Positions 34,579 to 44,096 of a DNA stretch of 64,000 nt are shown here, piece after piece. The stretch's first letter is position 1. The number at the start of each line of letters is the position of its first letter. The notes under the pieces were generated by a model, which ran no database searches, had not been told where the DNA came from, and saw only the letters and a program-made list of their open reading frames with translations. Origin of the DNA: a virus (Duplodnaviria; Caudoviricetes); IMG/VR virus record IMGVR_UViG_3300028601_000023, positions 77,175 through 141,174 of that record. One strand, written 5' to 3'. The position numbers and the translations under genes are program-made.

Positions 34579-36321
34579 ATGATTCATGTGATTATTCCTG
34601 CGGCTGGCCTTGGCACTCGGATGGCTCCTTTGTCATCTGGGTTATCCAAAGCTCTAATTCCAGTAAACGGTAAACCCATCATATCTTGGATAGTAAATGA
34701 ACTGTCTAAATATGATGATCAGATTGGTTCTATTAATATAATTGAATCTAAACTTGAAGACATTAGTCAATACTTTGACAATATTCAGACTAACGGAATT
34801 GCTTCTAAGATTGCCTGTATTCAGCAGGATCCTGCTTTCGGTGGACCTCTTGGAGCTATCTATTCTGCTATTACAGAAATTCATCTTGGTGTTGAAGATT
34901 CAGTACTTGTCTGGCTTGGTGATACTATCTTTGTTGATAGTGAATTTATTTTTGATAAAGAATCCTTTGTTGTAGTAGATAAACCAGTAAAGGATACTGA
35001 AAGGTGGTGTGTTGCTTCTATCAACTATAAAGATCCTCGACTTATCAACGAACTGTTTGATAAAGTCAATTTTGAAGATCTGTATGATCAGAACGAACTT
35101 TACTACCCACTGATCGGAATTTACTATTTCAAAAATGCTCTGAACTTTGTTGATGCATGCAATTTTACTATTGAAAACAAGAATGGAAAAATAGGAAATG
35201 AATATCAGATTGCTCCATGTATCAATAGATATGCACATGAAAAACATGTAGAAGTCTGTCATGCTGAAGATCGTTGGTATGATTGCGGAGAATTAGATAC
35301 TTATTATAAATCTTGTGCTAGGTTGTTGAATCTTTCAGCAAGGGAACAGACACTAATCTCAATTGATATTGATAAGCAGTGTATTGAAAAAGAATCTAAT
35401 CCGATGTCCAATAACTATATTACAAATTGCCACAAGCTTGATGCTGAAGTATCTTGGTTCAATGCTGCATCTGGTTATCAGCAAGCATTTGTTCCAACAG
35501 TATTAGATCATTGTGTTGATAAAAGTATGCATAGTCCAAAGATATGTTCCTATATCATGACATATGAACCAGGTAAAACTATGTCAGATATGTGGGTCTA
35601 TGAAAAGATATCTACATCCGCGTGGAAATCTATTCTAACAAAACTGATCAATACTATTCAGACGGTATTCCATCAGAATGACAATGAATCCGATGAGATC
35701 TATAAGAATATTGTAAAAGAATCCGATCGAAAGAGATACTTACAAGACTTAGAAAGAAGACTGCATCAAAGAGTACTTGACATTAATGAAAATCATGTTG
35801 TAATTTCTGATGATGAACTAGAACTGATCGGAAGATGGATTGCTAAGACTATAGAAAGATTGCAGCTAACAAACAGTGTAAAAAATATTATTGTTCAAGG
35901 ATCTTGTAATCGTCTCGTTCATGGAGATATGCACCTTGGCAATATTCTGTATGATGGTTTGTCTGGGAAGATTACACTAATTGATCCAAGAGATCCTGCT
36001 GGGGTATTTGTTGACAAAAGATATGATTACGCAAAACTAATGCAAAGTCTATTTACTGGCTACCATTCTATTATGGATAATATGTATAAAGTTGTAGATG
36101 ATACTATTATATTTGATTCACGTACACAAGCAATAATGTCTGAAAGCATGTGGGTACTGAAACAGAAATTGTCTAATGATGAATTCTATGCATGTCAAAT
36201 GCTTTCTGTCTTATTGCTATTAACTTGTATACCGTTTCATACGGATAACCCACAGCGACAGAAAGCATTTTATATGCGGTCAATTAACTTGATGCAATCT
36301 AATGCATATATGTTTCTTTAA
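34579..36321 (+). CDS. sugar-phosphate nucleotidyltransferase fused to an APH-like phosphotransferase
   Basis: IPAAGLGTRM..KALIPVNGKP, WLGD, WYDCG; C-terminal VHGDMHLGNIL, LIDPR, YDYAKL. Confidence 0.88.
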   Translation: MIHVIIPAAGLGTRMAPLSSGLSKALIPVNGKPIISWIVNELSKYDDQIGSINIIESKLEDISQYFDNIQTNGIASKIACIQQDPAFGGPLGAIYSAITEIHLGVEDSVLVWLGDTIFVDSEFIFDKESFVVVDKPVKDTERWCVASINYKDPRLINELFDKVNFEDLYDQNELYYPLIGIYYFKNALNFVDACNFTIENKNGKIGNEYQIAPCINRYAHEKHVEVCHAEDRWYDCGELDTYYKSCARLLNLSAREQTLISIDIDKQCIEKESNPMSNNYITNCHKLDAEVSWFNAASGYQQAFVPTVLDHCVDKSMHSPKICSYIMTYEPGKTMSDMWVYEKISTSAWKSILTKLINTIQTVFHQNDNESDEIYKNIVKESDRKRYLQDLERRLHQRVLDINENHVVISDDELELIGRWIAKTIERLQLTNSVKNIIVQGSCNRLVHGDMHLGNILYDGLSGKITLIDPRDPAGVFVDKRYDYAKLMQSLFTGYHSIMDNMYKVVDDTIIFDSRTQAIMSESMWVLKQKLSNDEFYACQMLSVLLLLTCIPFHTDNPQRQKAFYMRSINLMQSNAYMFL

Positions 36322-37058
36322 ACTCCATCATTAATATAAGCAATTGTGAGATCTCGAACGATTCCTGATCTCACAATATCATCAACATCGAATTCCGTAA
36401 TACCAATGTTATCAATTTCATAACGGTCAACAATGTCAATGAATTGCTCTAAACCGGATACTTTAATGTCTCTTTGTTTTAGATCTCCACAAAAGATCAT
36501 TTTTGTATTTTTTCCGATACGAGTAGACAAACATTTGATTTCAGAAAACTCTAATTGCTGTGCCTCATCAACAATGACAATGGTATTTTCAAAGTTTCTG
36601 CCACGCATTGTTTCCATAGGTTCTAGAATGATTTTGGGATGTTCTCCGTGCATCCATGTATTGACAACGTTAGATCCGGCGAATTGTTTAGCGTATGTTA
36701 GCATCTGTTGAATCCACGGAAGCATTTTTTCATATATGTCTCCAGGGAAGAAGCCCATTGTTTTACCAGTTGGAACAGCAGCACGACAGAGGACGAGACG
36801 TTCATAATTACCTAGCGCAAGTTGTTGAATTGCATAGCCAATGGCAAGAAAAGTTTTACCAGTGCCCGGGCACCCATGACCGACAATAATAGTATCTTTA
36901 CGTAATGATTTTAGAAATAGGATTTGATTTTCAGTCTGTGGAGCAATAGATATTTGAAAGCGAGGTTCTGATGATAGAAATTTTTCATGAGATTTGCGTT
37001 TCTTTGATTTGTCGGATTCACGCACACATTCTAGAGATTCAGCCTTTTTTCTACCCAT
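36318..37058 (-). CDS. phoH: PhoH-family ATPase
   Basis: GCPGTGKT, GFFPGD, MRGRNF, VDEAQ, TRIG, GDLKQRD, DIVRS. Confidence 0.95.
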   Translation of the reverse strand: MGRKKAESLECVRESDKSKKRKSHEKFLSSEPRFQISIAPQTENQILFLKSLRKDTIIVGHGCPGTGKTFLAIGYAIQQLALGNYERLVLCRAAVPTGKTMGFFPGDIYEKMLPWIQQMLTYAKQFAGSNVVNTWMHGEHPKIILEPMETMRGRNFENTIVIVDEAQQLEFSEIKCLSTRIGKNTKMIFCGDLKQRDIKVSGLEQFIDIVDRYEIDNIGITEFDVDDIVRSGIVRDLTIAYINDGV

Positions 37059-37070
37059 TTGATTTCCTTA

Positions 37071-37111
37071 ATGATATTTTAGTTGACATTGTATGTCAAC
37101 TTGATTATATT
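37071..37111. promoter_or_regulatory. overlapping divergent sigma70 promoters
   Basis: Palindrome AGTTGACA-TTGTA-TGTCAACT; plus strand TTGACA-N17-TATATT, minus strand TTGACA-N17-TATCAT. Confidence 0.6.
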
Positions 37112-37141
37112 TATTAATCATCAAAACAAAAGGAGCCTTTA

Positions 37142-37462
37142 ATGAATCAAGTAGTATTAATGAAAATGACCAATGGTGAAGAAGTTCTTGCAACTGTTGT
37201 AGCTGCTAATGACGATACCGTAACTGTGACTCATCCAATGTGTATCATGCCGAATCCTGATCAGCCTGGTGCTCTGATGATCTTTCCTTGGTCCGTTGTA
37301 ACTGTTGATCGGAACAAAACTATTGAAGTTGTAGTGAATCGGACAGCAATGGTTTTTATTGTTGACGAAATTCCATCCAACATTGAAAAGTTCTACCGTG
37401 AACAGACATCTGGAATTATTGTGGATTCCAGCTCTATGAATAACACCAAACTAATTCTCTAG
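37142..37462 (+). CDS. conserved T4-like Sm-fold hypothetical protein
   Basis: KMTNGEEVLA...PW...Y.EQTSGII pattern. Confidence 0.7.
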   Translation: MNQVVLMKMTNGEEVLATVVAANDDTVTVTHPMCIMPNPDQPGALMIFPWSVVTVDRNKTIEVVVNRTAMVFIVDEIPSNIEKFYREQTSGIIVDSSSMNNTKLIL

Positions 37463-37472
37463 GAGTATATCA

Positions 37473-37766
37473 ATGGCAAAGCAGAAAAAAGTTAAAGTAG
37501 AATGGGGTGGAATGCCTACTTCTGATGGTGATCTGAAGGTCATCAAGGCATCTATCGATGGTACCTTTGATATTGTAAAAGATATTGAGAATGCAAAGGA
37601 TGATTTGACCGACTATTTCAAAGAACTACATGAAAAGTTTGGTATGCCTCGTCGTGTATTCAACTTTCTTGTGCGGACCAATTACAAGGGCAATGCTTCT
37701 GAAGTAATTGACAAGAACTCTGAACTTGAAGAAGCATATGATGCACTTCAGAAGGTAGTTCTTTAA
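37473..37766 (+). CDS. dsbA: dsDNA-binding protein DsbA-like
   Basis: Size, helical pattern (EKFGMPRRVFN..V..NYK) and T4 synteny dsbA-33-59-32. Confidence 0.65.
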   Translation: MAKQKKVKVEWGGMPTSDGDLKVIKASIDGTFDIVKDIENAKDDLTDYFKELHEKFGMPRRVFNFLVRTNYKGNASEVIDKNSELEEAYDALQKVVL

Positions 37767-38041
37767 TGAATATGACACTATCTGAGATCCAGAAGAACTC
37801 TGCGCAGCTAGATAGTGAAGATTTACAACTTTATGTTATGAATGCTGTGCGATCTGGAGAGTGTGAATCTTATTTCGAAGCTCTCCAGAACTATATGGAA
37901 GAAAATGATATTGAAGATACTAATATCAAAAAATATCTTTCTCCTGCTCTATATGATATTCTATTCAAGGAATGCGCTAACAAAGGCGTTCTGACAGAGA
38001 AGTTGAATGATATTAGTATAGATGAGTTTATGGATGACTGA
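37766..38041 (+). CDS. 33: late transcription coactivator gp33
   Basis: SYFEAL..YMEENDIE..KKYLSPAL; C-terminal ISIDEF clamp-like peptide; synteny. Confidence 0.75.
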   Translation: MNMTLSEIQKNSAQLDSEDLQLYVMNAVRSGECESYFEALQNYMEENDIEDTNIKKYLSPALYDILFKECANKGVLTEKLNDISIDEFMDD

Positions 38042-38627
38042 TCAATGTCTACAAGATCCGTTTTCATTGTTTAAGAAATATGTTGCTGTAAAAGCGCATT
38101 TTACATCTGAGTTTCTTTATCATAATTATGGTGGAAATATTCGTATCACAACCAAAGCATTTTATAAAAGGAAGGATCGAGTTCTTTTTGAGTATCTTGC
38201 GAAGACTCTAGCTAAAAATGAAACTGTTCCTTACTTTGTTGCTCAGATAGTATATTCTAATAACATGTATATAGCGGATCTTTTAGAATCGGTTGAAAAG
38301 TCCAATCGGATATATGATGAATGGGTTGATCGGATGATGAATATTCGGACAAACTTTAAACGTGACTTGCAGGTGATCAAATCAGAATCATCTAAACGAG
38401 AAATGTTTAAAGTCGAAGATACTGATGATCATCCATTCATGTTTAAACTATACATACGGAGGATTATTACACCAGAAAGTTATTGCTTGCTGAATGATGC
38501 TATTGGACAATTGGATATGGATCATCATGATGGACTTGTGACTACTAACAATTTCAAAATGAAAAAATACCGATACTTTTTGAAAATAGACTCAACAGAA
38601 GTAAAAGAAATGATGAGATTGACTTGA
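38022..38627 (+). CDS. 59: helicase loader gp59 (start may be 38034)
   Basis: YVAVKAHF..Y..YGG...FYKRKDR..FEYL; ITPES. Confidence 0.85.
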   Translation: MSLWMTDQCLQDPFSLFKKYVAVKAHFTSEFLYHNYGGNIRITTKAFYKRKDRVLFEYLAKTLAKNETVPYFVAQIVYSNNMYIADLLESVEKSNRIYDEWVDRMMNIRTNFKRDLQVIKSESSKREMFKVEDTDDHPFMFKLYIRRIITPESYCLLNDAIGQLDMDHHDGLVTTNNFKMKKYRYFLKIDSTEVKEMMRLT

Positions 38628-38639
38628 TTTAGAATACCG

Positions 38640-38647
38640 TATAAATA
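38640..38647 (+). promoter_or_regulatory. late promoter upstream of gene 32
   Basis: TATAAATA. Confidence 0.65.
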
Positions 38648-38722
38648 GATCTATCAATGGGCAAAACATTAAACCGAAGAGCGAAATGCCAAGGTACCTA
38701 CGTATAGCCCGGGAGTGATAAT

Positions 38723-39625
38723 ATGTCATTTGCAGCGTTTAAAAAGAAAAGAAATGCGACCGAGATCCTTGAGAAGATGCAGAAGCCAGTTAAATCTTAT
38801 GAGAAATCTGAGTTTTACTATCCTGTCATCGACAAAGAAAAGGGTACTGCCTCCGCTGTTATTCGTTTCCTTCCTGGAAAGAATACTGACCTTCCCTATG
38901 TAACAGTTTATTCTCATCGTTTTAAGGGTGATGACGGGCGATGGATGTTCGTTGATCTTTGTGGTACTACTATCGGTAAAGAATGCGGCGTTTGTGGCGC
39001 TAACAAGATTCTATGGGAATCTGAACAGGAAGCAAAGCGCAAGATTGCTTCTGCGCGGAAACGTGATCGTAAGTATATCTTCAACGTTTTGATTGTACAG
39101 GATTCTATGCAGCCTGAGCTTGAAGGCACCGTTCAACCATATGCCTGTGGTCAGACAATCTTTGATCTGATTACTTCTGCTATGAAACCCGAGTTCGAAG
39201 GCGAAGAACTGAAGGATCCTTTTGATATTGATGAAGGAAACAACTTCATGCTTCGTATTCGTCGTGATCCTGCTAAGAACAACCAGGTAACATACGACAA
39301 GTCTAAGTTCGACGATACCAAAACTGCTATCTGTGACGGTAACGAAACAAAACAGAAGGCGGTCTATGAAGCAATGATCGATCTGAATAAGTATATTGAT
39401 CCTTCTCGTTTGATGGATGATAAAATGATGCAGGATAAAGTAGCTGCAGCTTATGCCACTTGTATTGGTGGAAGAGTTGTTGCTCCGGCTGCAAGTATTC
39501 CTACTCCGGAGCCCCGTGCATCTAAGGCTGCAGAAATGGATTCTCCACCTTGGGGTGATGATGAAGAAGGAACTGGATCAGAAGATGAAGATTTGGATTT
39601 CTTTCGAAAGCTTGCTAACGAATAG
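38723..39625 (+). CDS. 32: single-stranded DNA-binding protein gp32
   Basis: AVIRFLP, H.F..GRW..C.TTIG..C.VC, DPFD..EGNNF, YDKSKF, acidic tail DLDFFRKLA. Confidence 0.95.
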   Translation: MSFAAFKKKRNATEILEKMQKPVKSYEKSEFYYPVIDKEKGTASAVIRFLPGKNTDLPYVTVYSHRFKGDDGRWMFVDLCGTTIGKECGVCGANKILWESEQEAKRKIASARKRDRKYIFNVLIVQDSMQPELEGTVQPYACGQTIFDLITSAMKPEFEGEELKDPFDIDEGNNFMLRIRRDPAKNNQVTYDKSKFDDTKTAICDGNETKQKAVYEAMIDLNKYIDPSRLMDDKMMQDKVAAAYATCIGGRVVAPAASIPTPEPRASKAAEMDSPPWGDDEEGTGSEDEDLDFFRKLANE

Positions 39626-39644
39626 ATCTATATAGAATCAAATG

Positions 39645-39668
39645 AAAAGGGAGCGAGGCTCCCTTTTT
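39645..39668. terminator. bidirectional intrinsic terminator
   Basis: AAAAGGGAGC-GAG-GCTCCCTTTTT between convergent genes. Confidence 0.88.
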
Positions 39669-41456
39669 CTATCTCAAAGCGCCAGCAGCAAGTCCACCGA
39701 AAGGATCTGTCATATTGATAACTCTGTTCTGGTGGGTAGTTGAATTCACCGTGTTATTTACTATTGGTTGAACGTTAACATTATTCACATTTGTTTTAGA
39801 CAATTTTGTTTCATTTGCTTGTTGCGTTTTCAATCCAGCAACCATGTCTTTGTATGTATACGGCTTCAATGATTCTACAAGTTTCTTTTTACTATCCTGG
39901 TCTAACAATTCAAAAGGTTTTGCTTGAACTTGCGGCGTGGTTCCTGGAATATCAAGTGGATCATAAATAGTCTGTTTCTTTGTTGGTAAAGGCTCTAATT
40001 TAGTTGGATCTTCTTTAGGTGTTATAACCTTCTTTACCCAATCTGGAAGAATATCATACAGTTTATCAAATACCTTCTTAAACAAATCGGTCACAGGCTT
40101 GATAAAGAATTCTTGTATAGTATCTGTGATAGTTGTAAACGCATTCTTGAATGGTGAAATAATATTATCAAATGTTAGATTTGAAAGAGATTCAAATCCT
40201 GAACGAATTGGAGCAATTACAGATTCATTAAAAAGATCTTTCAAAAATGTATATGCTTCAACAGCAGGGTCTGATACATATTGCTTGAATAATCCTTGAA
40301 GATACGAATATCCTTCTATTACTGGATTCACAATATACTTCATAGCCAAACCGGATACATATTCATATCCTTCTTGGGTTTTCGTAATAAACCATTCATA
40401 CCCGTCAGATATCTTCTGAATAGAATATTCATATCCATCAGCCATCATCATCTTAAACCCTTCATATCCTTCAACGGCCCAGTCCTTCATAGAATTCCAA
40501 GCTTCTGCTGTTTTCTCGGTTAGATAATTGAATCCTTCTACTGCTTTTAGTTTTATGTTGTCAAAAGCTTCAAAAACAAAATCCTTTACTGCAATAATCT
40601 GGTCTTCGAATTTCTTATAGACATAACTAAGACCAGATAAAATAAGCATTCCTAGAGGAACAAGAAGCATTCCTTTCAAGAGCATTAGAACACCCTTGGA
40701 GAACACACCCATAAATCCCTTGGTGAATTTCCCGAAGAAGCTTGTAGAACCAGCTAAACCTGCTGCAGCATCAGCGCCTGCACGAACACGTTCTATTCTG
40801 TTTCCAGTAGTTGTGATATCACCGTCTCGAACAATTGGAGATTCTCTTTCTTCTATTTGAGATTGTCCTTCTTCTTGAGCGTCTCGAATAGCAGAGAAAA
40901 CTGATTCAGCAACTTCTGTCTGTAACTTCTCAGCTCTTTCCTTTTTAGTCTTTCGATTATCCATAAAGTTAGAAGCAAAGTCTCCGATACGAGTTGACAA
41001 ATAACTGAAGATCGGCGGCATGTCTGTAAATATAGTAGATAATACACCAGTCACATCACCAATCCTTTTAACAAACTGATTACCCATCCGATCAAAAATA
41101 GACGTAGCAGATTTCATTGAATCTATAGCAGAGTTGTATGCAGCAAGAGCAACTTCTTTTTCTTTATCTGTTGCAAATACCGAATCTTTAATAGCTGTCT
41201 TAATATACTCAAATGATTTGATCTGATCAGCTCGTTCTGACATAGAACTTCTAGAAGCTTCTTGTAACTGATCAGCAATGTTTGTCATAATAACATTGAA
41301 AGCAGCAGAGTTCCGTTTTAGATCTCCTGCAACTAACTTCTGTGACTCACGAATCCGGAGCTCAACAGACTTCATTGAGTTACCAGCTTTCTCTCGTTCT
41401 ATAGCTTCCTGAATGGTTGTTTCACCATTGTTGTTTTCTGGTCTTGGTAGCGCCAT
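39669..41456 (-). CDS. tape measure / baseplate hub protein (gp29-like)
   Basis: Long helical protein with aromatic periodic repeats (EGYE..) and a hydrophobic segment; follows gp26/51. Confidence 0.7.
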   Translation of the reverse strand: MALPRPENNNGETTIQEAIEREKAGNSMKSVELRIRESQKLVAGDLKRNSAAFNVIMTNIADQLQEASRSSMSERADQIKSFEYIKTAIKDSVFATDKEKEVALAAYNSAIDSMKSATSIFDRMGNQFVKRIGDVTGVLSTIFTDMPPIFSYLSTRIGDFASNFMDNRKTKKERAEKLQTEVAESVFSAIRDAQEEGQSQIEERESPIVRDGDITTTGNRIERVRAGADAAAGLAGSTSFFGKFTKGFMGVFSKGVLMLLKGMLLVPLGMLILSGLSYVYKKFEDQIIAVKDFVFEAFDNIKLKAVEGFNYLTEKTAEAWNSMKDWAVEGYEGFKMMMADGYEYSIQKISDGYEWFITKTQEGYEYVSGLAMKYIVNPVIEGYSYLQGLFKQYVSDPAVEAYTFLKDLFNESVIAPIRSGFESLSNLTFDNIISPFKNAFTTITDTIQEFFIKPVTDLFKKVFDKLYDILPDWVKKVITPKEDPTKLEPLPTKKQTIYDPLDIPGTTPQVQAKPFELLDQDSKKKLVESLKPYTYKDMVAGLKTQQANETKLSKTNVNNVNVQPIVNNTVNSTTHQNRVINMTDPFGGLAAGALR

Positions 41457-41480
41457 TTTAATATCCTTTTATCTGGTACA

Positions 41481-41645
41481 CTAAGTGTCATCTTTATCAG
41501 ATTGTATCAAGCCAACTAACAGTTCTAATTCAAAGGGAATTAGATCATATAAATCTGAATATGAAATTCCCCTATATTTGTTTATAGAATATAGCAGCTT
41601 GTACTGATCTAATAGACTTACCCCAGCGTACCTACTTCGAAAAAA
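41481..41645 (-). CDS. 51: gp51-like baseplate hub chaperone segment (likely reached by -1 frameshift from gp26)
   Basis: LLDQYKL..YRGISYSDLYDLIPFELELL resembles gp51; lies in the -1 frame after T TTT TTC. Confidence 0.6.
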   Translation of the reverse strand, partial: FFRSRYAGVSLLDQYKLLYSINKYRGISYSDLYDLIPFELELLVGLIQSDKDDT

Positions 41646-42352
41646 CTTTCTACACCCCTGTAATCTAGTTCTTCTTCCACATGACACTTCGGACATTTGA
41701 TCTTAACTTTTAGAACAGCATCTGGCATCTGTGAGAAAAAGTCTTTGAAACGTTTCAGAGCATCTTCTGGTAGAGCAAGAACCCATTCATAGATCTCATC
41801 ATCAGAGAAATCGGTAAATACTTCATCTTCCTGATAAACAGAGTCGATGCTATAAGCGTAGAGTCTCATATTGTATTCTATTTCATCTGTAGAATGTTTC
41901 TTGGCTTTACGAATAGTTGCAATCGATGGATATACCAATTTCATTTTGATTGATTCATCTACATCAACCAGAGTATTCTGAGTGACACCTTCAATCTTGA
42001 CGTCGTTTAGATCAATTGGTACTGTGAATTTTGTTCCACATTTTGATCCGTCTTCTAATAGATTATTGCAAAGCAAAGCAGCATTAGTAATAGATCCTTT
42101 TGAGATTCCAATAATAGCAATAAATGCAATTACAAGATCCGGCATTGCGAGTTGATCTATACGAATAGAATCATCATCGATGCAATTGCTAATCATCTGT
42201 ATAATAGAATCTTCAATATCTTCTGTGTTGCCCGCTTCTTTTGCAAGCAATAGGGTCTTCTCTTCTTTCAAAGTGATTGCTCTAATTCTAACAGTCTTTC
42301 CCAATATAGGAAGATCACATTTGGTCGTTGGTAACGTAACTTTAGGTAACAC
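41618..42352 (-). CDS. 26: baseplate hub subunit/chaperone gp26-like
   Basis: MLPKVTLP..RAITLKEEKTLLLA, LVYPS, FFSQMP, CPKC, GVESFF. Confidence 0.85.
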   Translation of the reverse strand: MLPKVTLPTTKCDLPILGKTVRIRAITLKEEKTLLLAKEAGNTEDIEDSIIQMISNCIDDDSIRIDQLAMPDLVIAFIAIIGISKGSITNAALLCNNLLEDGSKCGTKFTVPIDLNDVKIEGVTQNTLVDVDESIKMKLVYPSIATIRKAKKHSTDEIEYNMRLYAYSIDSVYQEDEVFTDFSDDEIYEWVLALPEDALKRFKDFFSQMPDAVLKVKIKCPKCHVEEELDYRGVESFFEVGTLG

Positions 42353-42934
42353 TTATGCCTCCAATTTTCTTGTATAAAGTAACTTGTATTGTCTATAGTT
42401 GACTGATGCTGAAAACGTCTGAACTTCTACAGCTTCATTATGAGACAATTGTAATCCGCCATATGAAATCAAATTGCAGTAGTTGAATTCATGCATAAGA
42501 ACTTGATTGTTTGCCTTGTCATACTCAGACACATTGATATCTACTACGGTATCATTGGGGTACGCGTATGCGCGAGTCTGTTGATTATAGATTGCAGCAC
42601 CCCAGTTATGAAATGAATCATATTCTTGTCCAGTGTTATATACAGTCAAATCAAGCTGTCCAAAATCAGCTGAGATCGTTGCATGAGTCTGAGTGCTTGG
42701 AATCTGTTTGGTATTAAAATTCACAGTCGGCAGAGCAACTGTATTGATCAGCATTCCAATATTAGAATCAAAGATATTCCGCGTTTTGACTCCTACTGGA
42801 ACGATTCTGATGATATACTTATTACCAAACAAGAATCCGCGTTTCAGTTCATTGTTTATTGATTCCATCCGGAAGATTTGAATTACTTCCGGACTGAATC
42901 TTGAATTGCTTAAATATGACGTATTATAATACAT
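42353..42934 (-). CDS. tail-tube-fold protein (gp54-like baseplate tube initiator)
   Basis: VALP...FHNW...AYPND..I.V.EYD...L.....VQTFSASVNYR. Confidence 0.65.
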   Translation of the reverse strand: MYYNTSYLSNSRFSPEVIQIFRMESINNELKRGFLFGNKYIIRIVPVGVKTRNIFDSNIGMLINTVALPTVNFNTKQIPSTQTHATISADFGQLDLTVYNTGQEYDSFHNWGAAIYNQQTRAYAYPNDTVVDINVSEYDKANNQVLMHEFNYCNLISYGGLQLSHNEAVEVQTFSASVNYRQYKLLYTRKLEA

Positions 42935-42937
42935 AGA

Positions 42938-43489
42938 CTAACCTCTGTTTCTATCTTTCCATACTGAAGTAGCAGTTGCCTTGTGAAAGTGAGCTAATGG
43001 AAGTTCAATTATATTAATCCATTCGTTCATCGGTACTTCAATCAATTTTGTTCTCATATGCGAAAAAAGATATCTTTTAAAGCAGTGCTTCCATCTTGAA
43101 TGAGATAACCCAAGAAGCTTCTTATAAGATATAGTAATATTATTTATACTACGACCGGATACAAGTTTTTGAAAAGGAACTAATTGTTCTAATAGATATT
43201 GACGTTCTTTAATCGGAAGATAGTGAAAGTTCAGACCATAGAATCCTCCGGGAGCAGCATCAACCAAAATGATACATGGGTTAGAATCCCAGTACGGCAA
43301 TTTGTCTTTAGTCTTTGCGTCATAAACCATTAGATACATTCTACCAACTTTTGGTCTAGAGACCTGTTTGACGTTTGGCATTTCATTCTTAATCTTATTG
43401 AATAACCAGTTCATAGATCTACGAGCATTTCTTGATACCGTAGATTTAGTAATCCCACCAAGGACTTCTTTTGCAAATTGATTTATCAT
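42938..43489 (-). CDS. 2: DNA end protector gp2
   Basis: GRMYLMVYDAKTKDKLPYWD..P, YGLNFHYLP, CFKRYL. Confidence 0.92.
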   Translation of the reverse strand: MINQFAKEVLGGITKSTVSRNARRSMNWLFNKIKNEMPNVKQVSRPKVGRMYLMVYDAKTKDKLPYWDSNPCIILVDAAPGGFYGLNFHYLPIKERQYLLEQLVPFQKLVSGRSINNITISYKKLLGLSHSRWKHCFKRYLFSHMRTKLIEVPMNEWINIIELPLAHFHKATATSVWKDRNRG

Positions 43490-44001
43490 TTCTTTTTACC
43501 TTTAGCTTTAAATAAATGTCTTTCAGTAACTACACAGAATTCAAATCCTCTCATCTGACAATACTTTTTGGCTGCTTCCCATTTTGCTTGGTTGACCATG
43601 TAAGTTTTCATCTGTTCTTTGAATTGTGCTTTTGCTTTTTCTGTTAGCAATCGTTTGACGACCGGAGTAATAGTCTGAGCAAACGGTTTGATCTCGACTA
43701 AGAATTTCTTTATAGTTCCATCCTTCTGTCTAACAGCAATAAAGAAGTCGATGAAATACCGATGTTGTTTGTTATCTATAGGAGATATGTACGGAATGAC
43801 AACTTCTTCTGATGCGTATTGAACAATAGCAGGATTCTCATCACACCACTGAATGAATTTTCGCTCCCATGAAGATCTATAGACGATGGATGTAGGATTA
43901 CCCATATATTTAGACGGATTCTTCGGACGATAGTATCCCTGATGATATCGGCTCTTCCGGGATATCGTTGGTTTTTTTGTAGTACTGTTGATATGACTCA
44001 T
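43486..44001 (-). CDS. 4: head completion nuclease gp4
   Basis: YRPKNPSKYMG..IVYRSSWE, SEE..IPY, RYFIDF, VEIKP, NQAKW; ATG at 44001. Confidence 0.92.
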   Translation of the reverse strand: MSHINSTTKKPTISRKSRYHQGYYRPKNPSKYMGNPTSIVYRSSWERKFIQWCDENPAIVQYASEEVVIPYISPIDNKQHRYFIDFFIAVRQKDGTIKKFLVEIKPFAQTITPVVKRLLTEKAKAQFKEQMKTYMVNQAKWEAAKKYCQMRGFEFCVVTERHLFKAKGKKK

Positions 44002-44096
44002 GTATATATTTATTGACGGCAAAAACCGCGGCAAAAGCACCTTTAAAGCAATGACCTATAACCTGCTTATATAATTAATGTTTTTGAATTTTCATC

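Noticed and set aside
43486-44040. Homing endonuclease or TnsA transposase mobilising the adjacent repeat
   Set aside because: The motifs and the position next to gp2 identify the conserved gp4 head-completion protein.
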